Position numbers and translations under genes: made by a program
The notes under the pieces: generated by a model
What the model was told of the DNA's origin: nothing
What the model saw: only the letters and a program-made list of their open reading frames with translations
Databases searched by the model: none
Shown: piece by piece, positions 37,460 through 47,273 of the stretch
Position numbering within the stretch: position 1 is the first letter of the stretch
How the letters are laid out: each line of letters starts with the position of its first letter
Assembly (NCBI GenBank): GCA_965217685.1
Contig: CBDCIZ010000003.1
Location: forward strand, 697,657 to 761,656
From: Aurantimonas sp.
GTDB taxonomy: Bacteria; Pseudomonadota; Alphaproteobacteria; Rhizobiales; Rhizobiaceae
Length of the DNA stretch: 64,000 bases
Reading direction: 5' to 3'

Positions 37460-38719
37460 TCACTGGCCCATCGCCTTTTTCTTGGCATCGCTCAGGTAGT
37501 CGGCCCATTGCTGGCCAAGCTCCTCCGGGGTGATGTCGCCGAGCAGAGCCTGCTGGCTAGTCTTGATGACGAGGGAATCCTTGAAGAAGGCGAACTCCTC
37601 CAGATCCGTCGGCATCCTCGTTGGAACGAAGTTCTTGTCGGACAGCTCCTCGAACCAGCCCTTGAACTTGGCCTGGGAATAGAACGGGTCTTTCTCTGCC
37701 GATTTCAGCACCGGCAGGGCACCGGTGCGTTTGTTCCAGGCAATGTTGCCTTCCGGACCTTCGAGGGTCGTCAGCAGCTTCCAGGCGAGATCCTTGTTCT
37801 TGCTGGTCGAAAACATCGACCAGCCGGCGTAGCCGATCGTCGGAAACGCCTTGCCGGCAGGTCCTTTCGGCATCGGCGCGACGCCGTAGTCGTCGGGGCC
37901 CATGTGCTGATCGATGGCAATCAGCGCATCCGGATCCTGGTCGAGCATCGCGCAGGTCCCGGAGTAGAAGCCGGCGACGATCTCGTTGAAGCCCCAGTTG
38001 ATCGAGTCCTTCGGGGCATAGCCCTTCTTGTAGAGGTCGGTCAGGTAGGCGAGGCCCTTGACCCATCCCGGATCGGCGAAGGTTGAGGTGCCGTCTTCCT
38101 TGAAGAAGGCGTTGTCGCCGTTCATCGTCGCGCCGAACATTGCCCAGCCATTGAGGCCGCCCGGACCGCCGCGCAGGCAGTAGGCCGACTTGCCCGGCAC
38201 CTTGGCGATCTTCTCGGCGGCAGCGGTGAATTCGTCGAGCGTCGTCGGCGGCGCCTCGACGCCAGCTTCCTTGAACACCGCCTTGTTGTAGAACATCGCC
38301 CTCAGATAAAAGCCGTAGGGCAGCATGTAGGCGGTCTTGTCGACGGCCCGGCCGAACTCCAGCGCCCGATCGTTGAGGTCGGGCGTTACCGACCAGTCCT
38401 TCAGATACGGCTCGAGGTTTTCCAGCGCGCCGTTCTTGGCGTAGAGCGCCAGCCAGGTGTCGGGCATCTCCATGACGTCGGGCACCTCGCCCGCCGAATA
38501 CATCGTCGCGAACTTTTCGAAGGCCTCGCCCCAGGGCAGCGAGGTGATCTCGACCGTCGTGCCGGGGTTGGCCTCCTCGAAGGTCTTGACCAGCCCTTTC
38601 AACGTTTCGGTCCTCTCCGGCGAGGTGATAACCTCGGTGAGCTTCAGCACCGTATCGGCGCTGGCCGGCAGGGCGAAGAGGCAGGATAGGGCCGTGGCGG
38701 CCAATAGATGTCTCGTCAT
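37460..38719 (-). CDS. extracellular solute-binding protein family 1 (CUT1 ABC SBP)
   Basis: 419 aa. Signal peptide MTRHLLAATALSCLFALPASA. Typical sugar/glycerol-phosphate-type SBP composition. Confidence 0.9.
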   Translation of the reverse strand: MTRHLLAATALSCLFALPASADTVLKLTEVITSPERTETLKGLVKTFEEANPGTTVEITSLPWGEAFEKFATMYSAGEVPDVMEMPDTWLALYAKNGALENLEPYLKDWSVTPDLNDRALEFGRAVDKTAYMLPYGFYLRAMFYNKAVFKEAGVEAPPTTLDEFTAAAEKIAKVPGKSAYCLRGGPGGLNGWAMFGATMNGDNAFFKEDGTSTFADPGWVKGLAYLTDLYKKGYAPKDSINWGFNEIVAGFYSGTCAMLDQDPDALIAIDQHMGPDDYGVAPMPKGPAGKAFPTIGYAGWSMFSTSKNKDLAWKLLTTLEGPEGNIAWNKRTGALPVLKSAEKDPFYSQAKFKGWFEELSDKNFVPTRMPTDLEEFAFFKDSLVIKTSQQALLGDITPEELGQQWADYLSDAKKKAMGQ

Positions 38720-38809
38720 GTCAGTCCTCCGTCTGGGCAGGTTGTGGATCTGGTTGTCGTTCGGTCTCGTTTGCTCTTCGGTCTCGTCGGGTGACGCCGC
38801 GACCGCGGT

Positions 38810-40018
38810 TCAGTTGTCGGTGGCCGCCTCGATTGCCGCTGCAAGATCGGCCCAGAGCGGCTCCACTCCCTCGAGCCCGACGTGCAGGCGCACCGATTGC
38901 GGATCGATGCCGAAGGCTTTCGCCGCGTTCGGCCCGGCCTGCTGCGCCAGAACGACCTTGCCTGGAATCACCAGGCTTTCGTGGCCGCCCCACGAGACGC
39001 CGAGACTGAACGTCTTCAGATGATCGACAAATGCGACGACGTCGACTGTCTGGTGAAACGTGAAAGAGAAAAGGCCTGACGTACCGCCAAGTCCCGCAGG
39101 CAAAGCGTTTGAAAGCCCCGGATGCTGCACGGACTGGACCGCAGGATGGCTGGACAGTTGTCGGGCGATCTCCATCGCATCGGCCTCGTGGGCGCGCATG
39201 CGGATTGGCAGGGTACGAAGGCCGCGAATCAGCAGCCAGGCGTCGAAGGGCGAAAGTTTGCCACCGAGATAAGGCAACGTGCACGAGCGGATCTGGCCGA
39301 CCAGCGTCCTGGAGCCGGCCACCACGCCGGCAACCACGTCGGAATGGCCGCCGAGATATTTCGAGGCCGAGTGCAGGACAAGGTCGACGCCGAGCATCAC
39401 GGGCTTCTGGAAGACCGGCGACGCCCAGGAATTGTCGATGACGCTCAGGATACCGTGCTGCCGCGCCAGCGTTGCCAGCGCGCCGACGTCGTGCGCCTCC
39501 ATCACCCAGCTCGTCGGGCTTTCCATGTAAAAGAGCTTGGCACCCGGCAAGGCCGCCGCGACCGCGTCCTCGTCACGGCCGTCGACATAGGTCACTTCGA
39601 CCTTCAGCCGCTTTAACATCGTTTCGAACAGCCGATAGGCATCGGGATAGACATGGCGGACCGCAACGATCCGGTCACCGGGTTCGACGAAGGTGAGGAC
39701 CGTCGAGGAAATCGCCGCCATGCCGCTAGCGAAACCGAGTGCATCTTCGGCGCCTTCGAGCGCGGCCAGCTTCTCCTCGAAAATCCGCACCGTCGGATTG
39801 AGCCCGCGCGAATAGGTCGACCGCACGCGTTCGCCGCGATAGGTCGCCTCCATCTCGGCATAGCTTTGGAAGGTGAAAAGCGAGGTCTGGACGATCGGCG
39901 GCACGACCGCCTCATATGGGTTTGACGCATCATGGGCGACGATGAAGGCGTCGTCCGGCCGGCCCGAGACATCATTTTCTCTGATCGCCGCGAAAGGTGC
40001 GGCTGAAGGTGACGTCAT
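38810..40018 (-). CDS. Cys/Met-metabolism PLP-dependent enzyme (cystathionine gamma-synthase/lyase, methionine gamma-lyase family)
   Basis: 402 aa. Schiff-base lysine context HSASKYLGGHSDV. Overlaps the upstream GntR stop by 4 nt. Confidence 0.85.
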   Translation of the reverse strand: MTSPSAAPFAAIRENDVSGRPDDAFIVAHDASNPYEAVVPPIVQTSLFTFQSYAEMEATYRGERVRSTYSRGLNPTVRIFEEKLAALEGAEDALGFASGMAAISSTVLTFVEPGDRIVAVRHVYPDAYRLFETMLKRLKVEVTYVDGRDEDAVAAALPGAKLFYMESPTSWVMEAHDVGALATLARQHGILSVIDNSWASPVFQKPVMLGVDLVLHSASKYLGGHSDVVAGVVAGSRTLVGQIRSCTLPYLGGKLSPFDAWLLIRGLRTLPIRMRAHEADAMEIARQLSSHPAVQSVQHPGLSNALPAGLGGTSGLFSFTFHQTVDVVAFVDHLKTFSLGVSWGGHESLVIPGKVVLAQQAGPNAAKAFGIDPQSVRLHVGLEGVEPLWADLAAAIEAATDN

Positions 40019-40734
40019 TGCGACATATCCTTGATGTCCTCTTCGACAATCGCTAGGATCGCAACGGTCTTGTCGCGAGCCTTCTCGGCATCGCCGGCAG
40101 CGATCGCGTCGTAAAGCTCGCGGTGGAAGGGAAAGGACCGCCTGGCGAAATCTGGCCGTTCGAACGGTTTGTCGAAGAAGTGCTCGAAGGCCTCGCGCAT
40201 CTGCTCCAACAATTGCCCGAACAGCGGGTTGTGCGTAGCTCCATAAATCGACAGGTGGAAGGCGAGGTCCTCGCGACCGGCGGTACCCTTCTGAAGATGG
40301 ACGCGTTCCATCTCGTCGAGCTTCATGGCCATCGCGGCGAGATCGGCCGGCGTTGCCCGGCAGGCGGCGAGCATGCTCGCTTCGACTTCGAGACCACGGC
40401 GCACGTCAAGCGTCTGCAACAGCGCATCGCGCTGGCGTGTCGTCGTATCGAACGATAGGGGCATATGGATCGTCGATGCAGAAACCGGTCGTTTCAGGAA
40501 GGATCCGGTGCCGCGTCGGGTCTCTATGACACCCAAGGCCTGAAGATGGCGCATCGCCTCGCGCACCGAGGAACGGCCAATGCCAAGCGCGGCCATGATT
40601 TCGTGTTCTGTCGGGATCCGATCACCCACCGCGAGCCCGACAGCTTCCACATGGCGCGCGACCGCCACCACCACATCCTTGGTCCGATCAATCGAGGGAA
40701 GGCGCGCTTGGTAGATGAGACCGGGGCCCTTCAA
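40015..40734 (-). CDS. GntR/FadR-family transcriptional regulator
   Basis: 239 aa. wHTH IPTEHEIMAALGIGRSSVREAMRHLQALGVIETRRG plus an FCD-like C-terminal domain. Confidence 0.85.
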   Translation of the reverse strand: MKGPGLIYQARLPSIDRTKDVVVAVARHVEAVGLAVGDRIPTEHEIMAALGIGRSSVREAMRHLQALGVIETRRGTGSFLKRPVSASTIHMPLSFDTTTRQRDALLQTLDVRRGLEVEASMLAACRATPADLAAMAMKLDEMERVHLQKGTAGREDLAFHLSIYGATHNPLFGQLLEQMREAFEHFFDKPFERPDFARRSFPFHRELYDAIAAGDAEKARDKTVAILAIVEEDIKDMSQ

Positions 40735-40893
40735 AGGATAGGTTGTCAGACATCAGACAATACGGCAGCGCATCTGTCAAGATCGCCATGTGGCGCCGCC
40801 ACTTTCGGTCGTTGAGCCATAACTCGCACCTTAAGTGTTCAGTCCCGGTATTTGGTGGATTGGATTGAATTTGAAACGCTCCGGCTCTGATGT

Positions 40894-41768
40894 CTACTGT
40901 TTGCCGATGAACTCGTATGGGGTGAGGCCCTTGAGCGTCTTCAATAGTCGGCCGAAGTTGTAGGCGTCGATAAAGTCGGCGAGGTGGCGTCGCAGTTGTG
41001 CGTGATCGTTGTAATGGAAGCATTTGACGGTCGCGTCCGGTTCATTCTTTCGACCTGGCCGTTGGTCCACGGGTGACGCGGCTTGGTCAGGCGATGTTCG
41101 ATGTCGAGATCAGCGCAGGCGCCCTCGAAGGCGTGGCAGCGAAACAGCACCTTTTCAGCCCGCATCGCCTTGATATCCTCGGGCGTCCAGCCGTCGCCGG
41201 AAGGGTCGGTGAAGTGCGTTCCGTTGTCAGTGAGAACCGTGTGGATCTTATAGGGAACCGACGCGGCGAGTGCCCTGAGGAAGTCTCCGGCAACGCGGCG
41301 GGTCGCCTTCTCATGCAGTTCCACGAAGGCGAACTTGGAGGTTCGGTCGATCGCCACGAGGAGATAGAGCTTGCCTTCCTCGGTTTGCACCTCGGCGATA
41401 TCGATGTGGAAATACCCGAGGGGATATCGCTTGAACTTGGAGCGCTGCGGCTTGTCGCCTTCGGTCTCGGGTAGTCGCGAGATGCCATGGCGCTGGAGGC
41501 AGCGGTGGAGTGACGATCGGGTCAAATGCGCGATCGTCGGTTGCAGCGCGTAGAGGCAGTCCCCCGGTCAAGCCCGAGGGCAGGCTCTGAGCGGTAAAAG
41601 CGTGTGCTGCCGGAAAGCGACAATGACAGCTTCATCGGCGATCGACAGGACAGTCGACCTCGGCTCTCGAGGACCGGTTCGCCGATCGGCCGTCGAGCCT
41701 CGCTTCTTCCACTTCGCGACGGTCTTCGGATTAATCCCATGCCGTCTGGCGAGCTGCCTCAGGCTCTC
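40894..41768 (-). pseudogene. IS481-family transposase, 5'-truncated, with one frameshift/deletion and one 27-bp stop-containing insertion
   Basis: rve-core piece YFHIDIAEV...AIDRTSKFAF...VLTDNGTHF...PWTNGQVERMNRT (ORF 40941..41525). The C-terminus DATVKCFHYNDHAQLRRHLADFIDAYNFGRLLKTLKGLTPYEFIGKQ* is in another frame (shift near 41033-41046). The HTH part SLRQLARRHGINPKTVAKWKKRG lies upstream and is interrupted at 41562-41588. The first ~20 codons are absent. Confidence 0.75.
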
Positions 41769-41911
41769 TTAACTATGTTGTATCGCTCGACGGACCGCCG
41801 CAGTCTCCCGGGTCAAGCCCTACAACATTCACACTTTTGATTTTTGGGGTTTTGGACGGCGGAATTTTCTGACTCGATAGCGTTGCGTTTTGTGACAAGG
41901 GAGAGCCTGCG

Positions 41912-43252
41912 ATGGAAGCGTTCAGCCTTGGCGAATTCGGCGATTTGCGCCGGCAAAAAGGGGGGCCTTTCTGCTCCGACGTCTGGTCGAGATGGGATGT
42001 TCGCGGGTGCGGCGTCTGGGAGGCGACCGGGCCGGAGAGATCGGGATAACCCGGTTCCTGCGCAACCGGGCCGTCACCGTGGACGAAATGGTCGAGAATG
42101 CCGCCGCCCGCACAGCCGGACGCGTTGCTGGGCTGCATGTCCTGGCCATCGAGGACACGACCAACTTGCGCATCGACGCTCAAAGCTGTGGATCGGTGCT
42201 GCATCCGGTGATCGCGGTCGATGTAGCTTCGCATGCCCTGCTCGGTCTCGTCCATGCGCAGATCATTTATCGCCATGGAGGCCAGCGGGCGACGCGCAAG
42301 CAACGTGGGTTCGACGCCAAGGAGAGCGCGCGTTGGCTGGACGGTGCGACAAAGGCAGCGGATTTGATCGAGCAAGGCGCGGCCCGCGTCACCGTCGTCG
42401 CCGACCGCGAGGGGGATATCTTCGAGATGTTCGCCTTGCGGCCCGCCGGCATCGATCTGGTGGTGCGCGCGGGGCAAGACCGGCAGCTGGCCGGTGAGGC
42501 CGGCAAGGAATGTCTGTTCGCGAAGGCTGCGGCCCTGCCATGTGCGGGAACGACGACGGTCGATCTGCCGGCCGCGGCAGGTCGAAAGGCGCGGCAGGCT
42601 CGGCTCGAGGTGCGCTTCGATCGGATCAGGATCGTGCGGCCGGTCCGCCGTGGGCGCCAGCACGGACAACGCATCCTGCCCGACCATGTCGATCTCACCG
42701 TCGTTGAGGCCCGCGAGATCGGTGAAGCAGCAAGCACAGCCCCGGCCCACACCCCGGCCCACACCCCGGCCCACTGGCGGTTGTTGACCACACACAGCGT
42801 AAACGACCTCGCCGACGCCGAGCGCATCCTTGGCTTTTATCGCCAGCGCTGGACCATCGAGCAACTGTTTCGAACTATGAAGTCCAAGGGGTTCGACGTC
42901 GAGGCCATGCGCATCGCCGCCGACGAACCCTACGAGAAACTGGCCATAGCCGTGCTCATCGCCGCCATCAGCGTCCTGCAACTCGTTCACGAACGCGACG
43001 CCGCCGGCCCATCGCCGATGCTTTCGATGCCGAAGACGCTCAAATCCTTCAACACGTCTCGATCAGTCTCGAAGGCAAAAGCGCTCGCCAAAAAACCCGC
43101 ACCAGCCCACTTCGCTCGCCTTCGCGACATGGGTGATCGCCCGCCTCGGAGGATGGACTGGTTTCTACGGTAAACCCAGACCCGTCACCGTCTTCAACGG
43201 CATCCAACGATATCAAGCCATCAAACACGGCTGGAAACTCCGCAATGTGTGA
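41912..43252 (+). pseudogene. IS4-family DDE transposase with two compensating frameshifts
   Basis: The N-terminus MEAFSLGEFGDLRRQK (frame of ATG 41912) shifts at the A5G6 homopolymer run 41955-41965 into the main ORF (41992..43173: ...HVLAIEDTTNL...VVADREGDIFE...YRQRWTIEQLFRTMKSKGF). The C-terminus PIADAFDAEDAQILQHVSISLEGKSARQKNPH...ARLGGWTGFYGKPRPVTVFNGIQRYQAIKHGWKLRNV* returns to the first frame after an indel near 43001-43012. Confidence 0.7.
42740..42774 (+). repeat. 12-bp tandem repeat (CCCCGGCCCACA) x ~2.9
   Basis: In-frame, giving PAHTPAHTPAH inside the IS4-family transposase. Confidence 0.9.
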
Positions 43253-43589
43253 ATCCGGTAGGGCTTGACCGGGGGGAGACTCTGGTGGCGCTGCCGTGGT
43301 GAATCTGCCCCATAGTGCCTCCTTCCATTCCTGCGAGAAGATTGCACCATCAAATCCTGGGATCAAACATCTAAACCCAACCGCCGACTGTCCGCCGAAA
43401 CGGGGTCCACTCTACGGGCGTAGCCGATGAGAGTGTTCGACATAACCAGAATCATACTTTAGAAGGCCGGTCACTGCAAAACAATTCGAACCATCTAATT
43501 GATAGGCGGTGCGGGCATGTTTTAGGTCGCTTAGCAACTGTCCGTTGGACGATGTTCTTTCGTTCAGTGTTTGATGCGGACTTTCGTCG

Positions 43590-44339
43590 TCAACTGCCTG
43601 ATTCTGCATTAACAGCAGCGCCAGCGGGAATTTTTCGGTGAGCGTCCTCTGCTTCGCCCCAAGCGATCCGAAGCTTCTCGATGTTGAATTCTGGAGCGCA
43701 GGCCGCTGCGAGAATAGGCGCTTCTTTCCTTGCGACAGTATCGATAGCGGCCGAGATACCCACAAAATGGCGAGCCGGTATGACAACCGCCCCGTGCCGG
43801 TCTGCATGAATCAGGTCGTCCGAGCGTACCGACATGCCGAAGACGGTTACCGGACAGTCGATCTCGAGAATGTGGACGAACGCATGACTGGGGCCGACGG
43901 CGCCCGCTAGAACCTGATAGCCGTGGTCGAGAGCGCCGAGATCCCTCATAGCCCCGTTCGTCAGCGTTCCGGCTACCCCAAGACCCTTGTGGATCGCGAC
44001 ATTAACCTCTCCCCAGAAGGCTCCGACTGGCTGAGGCCAGTCGCGATCCTCGATGACGACGACCTTCGGACGAGTCCCGAACGCCACGTAATCTTAGTAT
44101 GCGAGCCGACGCTTCCGCACCTCTTCCGGTGTCATTTCGGCCGGCGACGCCGCCCGGATACACGCGGTTCTGGCGAAGCCTACCATCGACGGTAAGGCTG
44201 GCTCCGCCGCCAGCACCGTTACCTTTGTGAACCCTGTCGCCGAGCGGCGGCCATTGAGGACTTCCAGCGCGTTGCAGACAGTCGGCGTATCGCCAGAGCG
44301 GAGCTTGGCAAGGGTAGCGTTGTCGAAGGCGTCAGGCAT
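43590..44339 (-). pseudogene. RraA-family protein (class II aldolase/decarboxylase-like) with an in-frame TAA
   Basis: The N-part MPDAFDNATLAKLRSGDTPTVCNALEVL...MVGFARTACIRAA...RRLAY and the C-part DYVAFGTRPKVVVIEDRD...GAFWGEVNVAIHKGLGVAGTLTNGAMRD...HADRHGAVVIP are in the same frame. They are separated only by TAA at 44094-44096. Confidence 0.7.
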
Positions 44340-44389
44340 TTCCAGTCTCCTCGGGGACGGCCGCCGATCACTGCCGTTGCGGCTTGGTC

Positions 44390-45157
44390 CTATTCGGCGG
44401 TCCAGCCGCCGTCGATCATCATCGCGGTTCCGGTGACCATGGCCGACGCGTCGGACGCCAAGTAGACCGCGGCACCCATGACGTCCTCGATCTCTCCAAC
44501 CCGCCCGAGCTTGATCTTCTCGCGCATCCAGGCGACCCGCTCCGGATCGGAAAACATCGATGTCGTCAGCGGCGTCCTGACGAAAGTCGGGCAGATCGTA
44601 TTCACCCTTATTTTTCTTGGACCCCACTCGATGGCCATTGCCTTCGTGAAGCCTTCGACGGCGTGTTTCGTCGCACAATACACCGCGCGGTCCTTTCCGC
44701 CGACGTGACCCATCTGACTGGAAATGTTGATCAAGGAACCCGGTCTGTTTGCCGCAATCAGTCCGAGCGCGACCGCACGGGTCAAGAAATACGCGCCGCG
44801 CAAATTGACCGATACGACGGCATCGAAATCGTCGACGCCGGTGTCGATCGCCGCGCCGTGCCGCGCCATTCCCGCGGAGTTGACCAGGATGTCGAAAACC
44901 CCGGCGTCCCGTACGACCTGCGTCGTCTTCACGACATCCGCGACGTCCATGCCGAGCCGTTCGACGTGGCGCCCCTTGGTCTGAAGCATGTCGACGGCTT
45001 CATCCAGTCGCCTACCCGCTCGCGACGCCATGACGACGTGCGCTCCGGCTTCCAACAAGGCGGCCGCGCAGCCGAAGCCTATGCCCGACGAGGCACCGGC
45101 GACTATCGCTCGTTTCCCTTCCAGCCGAAATGACGGGGTTTGCGGCAGCGAGTTCAT
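44390..45157 (-). CDS. SDR-family oxidoreductase
   Basis: 255 aa. Cofactor motif [13 protein letters not shown], and catalytic YCATK. Confidence 0.9.
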   Translation of the reverse strand: MNSLPQTPSFRLEGKRAIVAGASSGIGFGCAAALLEAGAHVVMASRAGRRLDEAVDMLQTKGRHVERLGMDVADVVKTTQVVRDAGVFDILVNSAGMARHGAAIDTGVDDFDAVVSVNLRGAYFLTRAVALGLIAANRPGSLINISSQMGHVGGKDRAVYCATKHAVEGFTKAMAIEWGPRKIRVNTICPTFVRTPLTTSMFSDPERVAWMREKIKLGRVGEIEDVMGAAVYLASDASAMVTGTAMMIDGGWTAE

Positions 45158-46482
45158 TCGGCGGCTTTCAATGTTTCCGCCGCCGATCCGTATTCTACGT
45201 TCCGACCGCCATAACGCCTGACCCGAATGTTCGCCTGTTCCGCATGGCCCACGAACCCCTCAAGCATGCAAAGCCGCGAGCAGTATTCGCCTATCCTGGC
45301 GGCCGCCTCGTCGGTCGTCACTCTCTGATAACTATGCGTCTTCAGGAACTTTCCGACCCAAAGGCCGCCCGTGTAGCGCCCGGCCTTCTTCGTCGGCAGG
45401 GTATGATTCGTGCCGATTACCTTGTCGCCGTTGGCGACGTTGGTGCGTGGTCCGAGGAAGAGCGCTCCGTAGGATGTCATATTGTCGAGGAACCAGTCGT
45501 CGCGTTCGGTCATGACCTGCACATGCTCGGACGCGATCTCGTCGGCGATCTTTAGCATCTCGTCGTAGGTGTCGCAGATAACGACCTCGCCATAGTCCTC
45601 CCAACTTTTCGACGCCGTTTCGGCGGTCGGCAGAATTTTGAGAAGCCTCTCGATTTCCCCCATGGTTCCTTCGGCCAATTTAAGAGAATTCGTGACGAGG
45701 ACTGCGGGGGAATTGTAGCCGTGCTCGGCCTGGCCGAGGAGGTCAGTCGCACAGAGTTCGGCGTCGACGGTGTCGTCGGCAATCACCATCGTCTCGGTAG
45801 GACCGGCGAAGAGATCGATACCGACCCGTCCGAACAACTGGCGTTTAGCCTCGGCAACGAACGCGTTGCCTGGGCCGACCAGCATATGGACCGGTTCGAT
45901 CGTTTCGGTTCCCAGCGCCAGCGCGCCGACGGCCTGGATACCGCCGAGGACATAGATCTCGTGGGCGCCGCCCATGTGAATGGCCGCGATCACTCCCGGG
46001 TTCGGTTCGCCCTTGAACGGCGGTGTCGCGGCTGCGATGCGTGGCACGCCGGCGACGCTGGCAGTGGCGACCGACATGTGCGCCGAGGCGACCATCGGAA
46101 ACTTGCCGCCCGGCACATAGCACCCGACGGACTGGACCGGAATTGTCTTGTGACCGAGAACGACACCCGGCATCGTCTCGATCTCGATGTCACTCATCGA
46201 GTCCCGTTGAGCCTTCGCGAAGTTACGAACCTGATCCTGGGCAAAGCGGATATCGGCCATCTCTTGGTCGGAAACCTTCGAGACGATCGCCTCGATCTCG
46301 GACGGCGAAAGCCGGAAAGACTTAGGGGCGTAGCGGTCGAATTTTTGCGAAAGATCCCGGACTGCTGCATCGCCGCGGCTCTCGATGTCGGACAAGATGT
46401 CTTCGACGGTCTTCCTGACGCTATCGTCATCCGCCGAACGCTCGGTGTCAGGCTTGCCGCGTTTCAAATACTCGATCGTCAT
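45154..46482 (-). CDS. histidinol-dehydrogenase-family NAD-dependent dehydrogenase (HisD paralogue)
   Basis: 442 aa. HisD-like segments [18 protein letters not shown] and [13 protein letters not shown]. Sits in a catabolic, non-his context. Confidence 0.85.
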   Translation of the reverse strand: MTIEYLKRGKPDTERSADDDSVRKTVEDILSDIESRGDAAVRDLSQKFDRYAPKSFRLSPSEIEAIVSKVSDQEMADIRFAQDQVRNFAKAQRDSMSDIEIETMPGVVLGHKTIPVQSVGCYVPGGKFPMVASAHMSVATASVAGVPRIAAATPPFKGEPNPGVIAAIHMGGAHEIYVLGGIQAVGALALGTETIEPVHMLVGPGNAFVAEAKRQLFGRVGIDLFAGPTETMVIADDTVDAELCATDLLGQAEHGYNSPAVLVTNSLKLAEGTMGEIERLLKILPTAETASKSWEDYGEVVICDTYDEMLKIADEIASEHVQVMTERDDWFLDNMTSYGALFLGPRTNVANGDKVIGTNHTLPTKKAGRYTGGLWVGKFLKTHSYQRVTTDEAAARIGEYCSRLCMLEGFVGHAEQANIRVRRYGGRNVEYGSAAETLKAAE

Positions 46483-46520
46483 GATGCTTTTCCGCTTGTT
46501 TCCGCTTGTCCATCGGCGTT

Positions 46521-47273
46521 CTAGGCCCTGAAGTTTGCAACGATATCCGCGGCACCACGCGCCATGAGGGCATGTTCGGAGCCGACGACGAAGAAGGTTG
46601 CTCCCGCCTTTCGTGCCGACTGCAGGTCCTCAGCGGGCGCGCAGTAAAGGCCTGTCGCGCAGCCGGTGGCCCCAAGTACGGCCTCGCATTTTGCGGCGAC
46701 TTCGGGAGCAAAGAAACCGTCGAACCCGTAGGAGACAGCAAGGTCTGCCCGCCCCACGAAGAGAGCGTCGACACCGTCGACGTTTGAGATTCGTTCGAAC
46801 GCATCGACGCCTTCGGGATCTTCGATCTGGCAGATCAGCGAAGTTTCGTGCTCGGTCTGTGTCAGGTGATCCTTGAAGTTCCGCTTCGCATATTGCGCTG
46901 CTCTCGTGGTTCCCGCGAAGCCCCGTCCACCCGCAACGTAGCGGGTCATTTTGACGAGTTCCTCAGCTTGCGCCGGCGATGTCACATGAGGAACCATGAT
47001 GCCGGCGGCGCCAGCATCCAGCACGTTCAGAATCCAATCCGGCGAGGTTATCGGCACCCTGACGATCAGCGGGCAGCCAACGGAACGACCGGCGATCATC
47101 GCCATGTCGATTGAGGAACGATCGAACGGGGCATGTTCCGCGTCGAGCACCAGAAAATCCAAACCGGAAGCGCCCATGATCTCGATCACAATCGGATGCG
47201 GTGTCTTGATGAACGCACCGATCAAAGGCTCTTTCGCTCGGATGCGTGACTTCAGCATTCGGTTCTCGGTCAT
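46521..47273 (-). CDS. HpcH/HpaI-family aldolase
   Basis: From [27 protein letters not shown]...[14 protein letters not shown]...IVRVP. ATG at 47273 overlaps the permease stop (ATGA). The track ORF is over-extended to 47636. Confidence 0.85.
   Translation of the reverse strand: MTENRMLKSRIRAKEPLIGAFIKTPHPIVIEIMGASGLDFLVLDAEHAPFDRSSIDMAMIAGRSVGCPLIVRVPITSPDWILNVLDAGAAGIMVPHVTSPAQAEELVKMTRYVAGGRGFAGTTRAAQYAKRNFKDHLTQTEHETSLICQIEDPEGVDAFERISNVDGVDALFVGRADLAVSYGFDGFFAPEVAAKCEAVLGATGCATGLYCAPAEDLQSARKAGATFFVVGSEHALMARGAADIVANFRA

Larger units (their letters stand above)
41796..43290 (+). mobile_element. IS4-family (IS50/Tn5-like) insertion sequence, about 1.5 kb, inactivated
   Basis: Imperfect ~40-bp terminal inverted repeats: 41796-41834 (..GCAGTCTCCCGGGTCAAGCCCTACAACATTCACAC) and 43247-43290 (reverse complement ..CAGAGTCTCCCCCCGGTCAAGCCCTACCGGATTCACAC). 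They bracket a DDE transposase gene. Weaker similarity may extend outward to ~41772 and ~43314. No clear target-site duplication. Confidence 0.7.

Noticed and set aside
40745-40897. 10-bp inverted match AGACATCAGA / TCTGATGTCT (about 40746-40755 and 40886-40895) as possible IS481 terminal structure.
   Set aside because: The match is short, and the other IS end is missing, so it cannot be validated. It could be chance.
42740-42774. Short tandem repeats (also 18379-18402) as possible CRISPR or other arrays.
   Set aside because: The units are 6-12 bp with no spacers and lie inside coding remnants, so this is slippage and not a CRISPR array.
41773-42990. 405-aa minus-strand ORF inside the IS4-like element.
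   Set aside because: It is antisense to the DDE transposase reading frame, which carries clear family motifs, and it has no motifs of its own.
43300-43590. Lower-GC stretch with a 131-aa minus-strand ORF (43412..43807) between the IS4 end and the RraA-like gene.
   Set aside because: The ORF overlaps the RraA-like gene's 3' end out of frame and has no motifs. It is treated as a junction or spacer.
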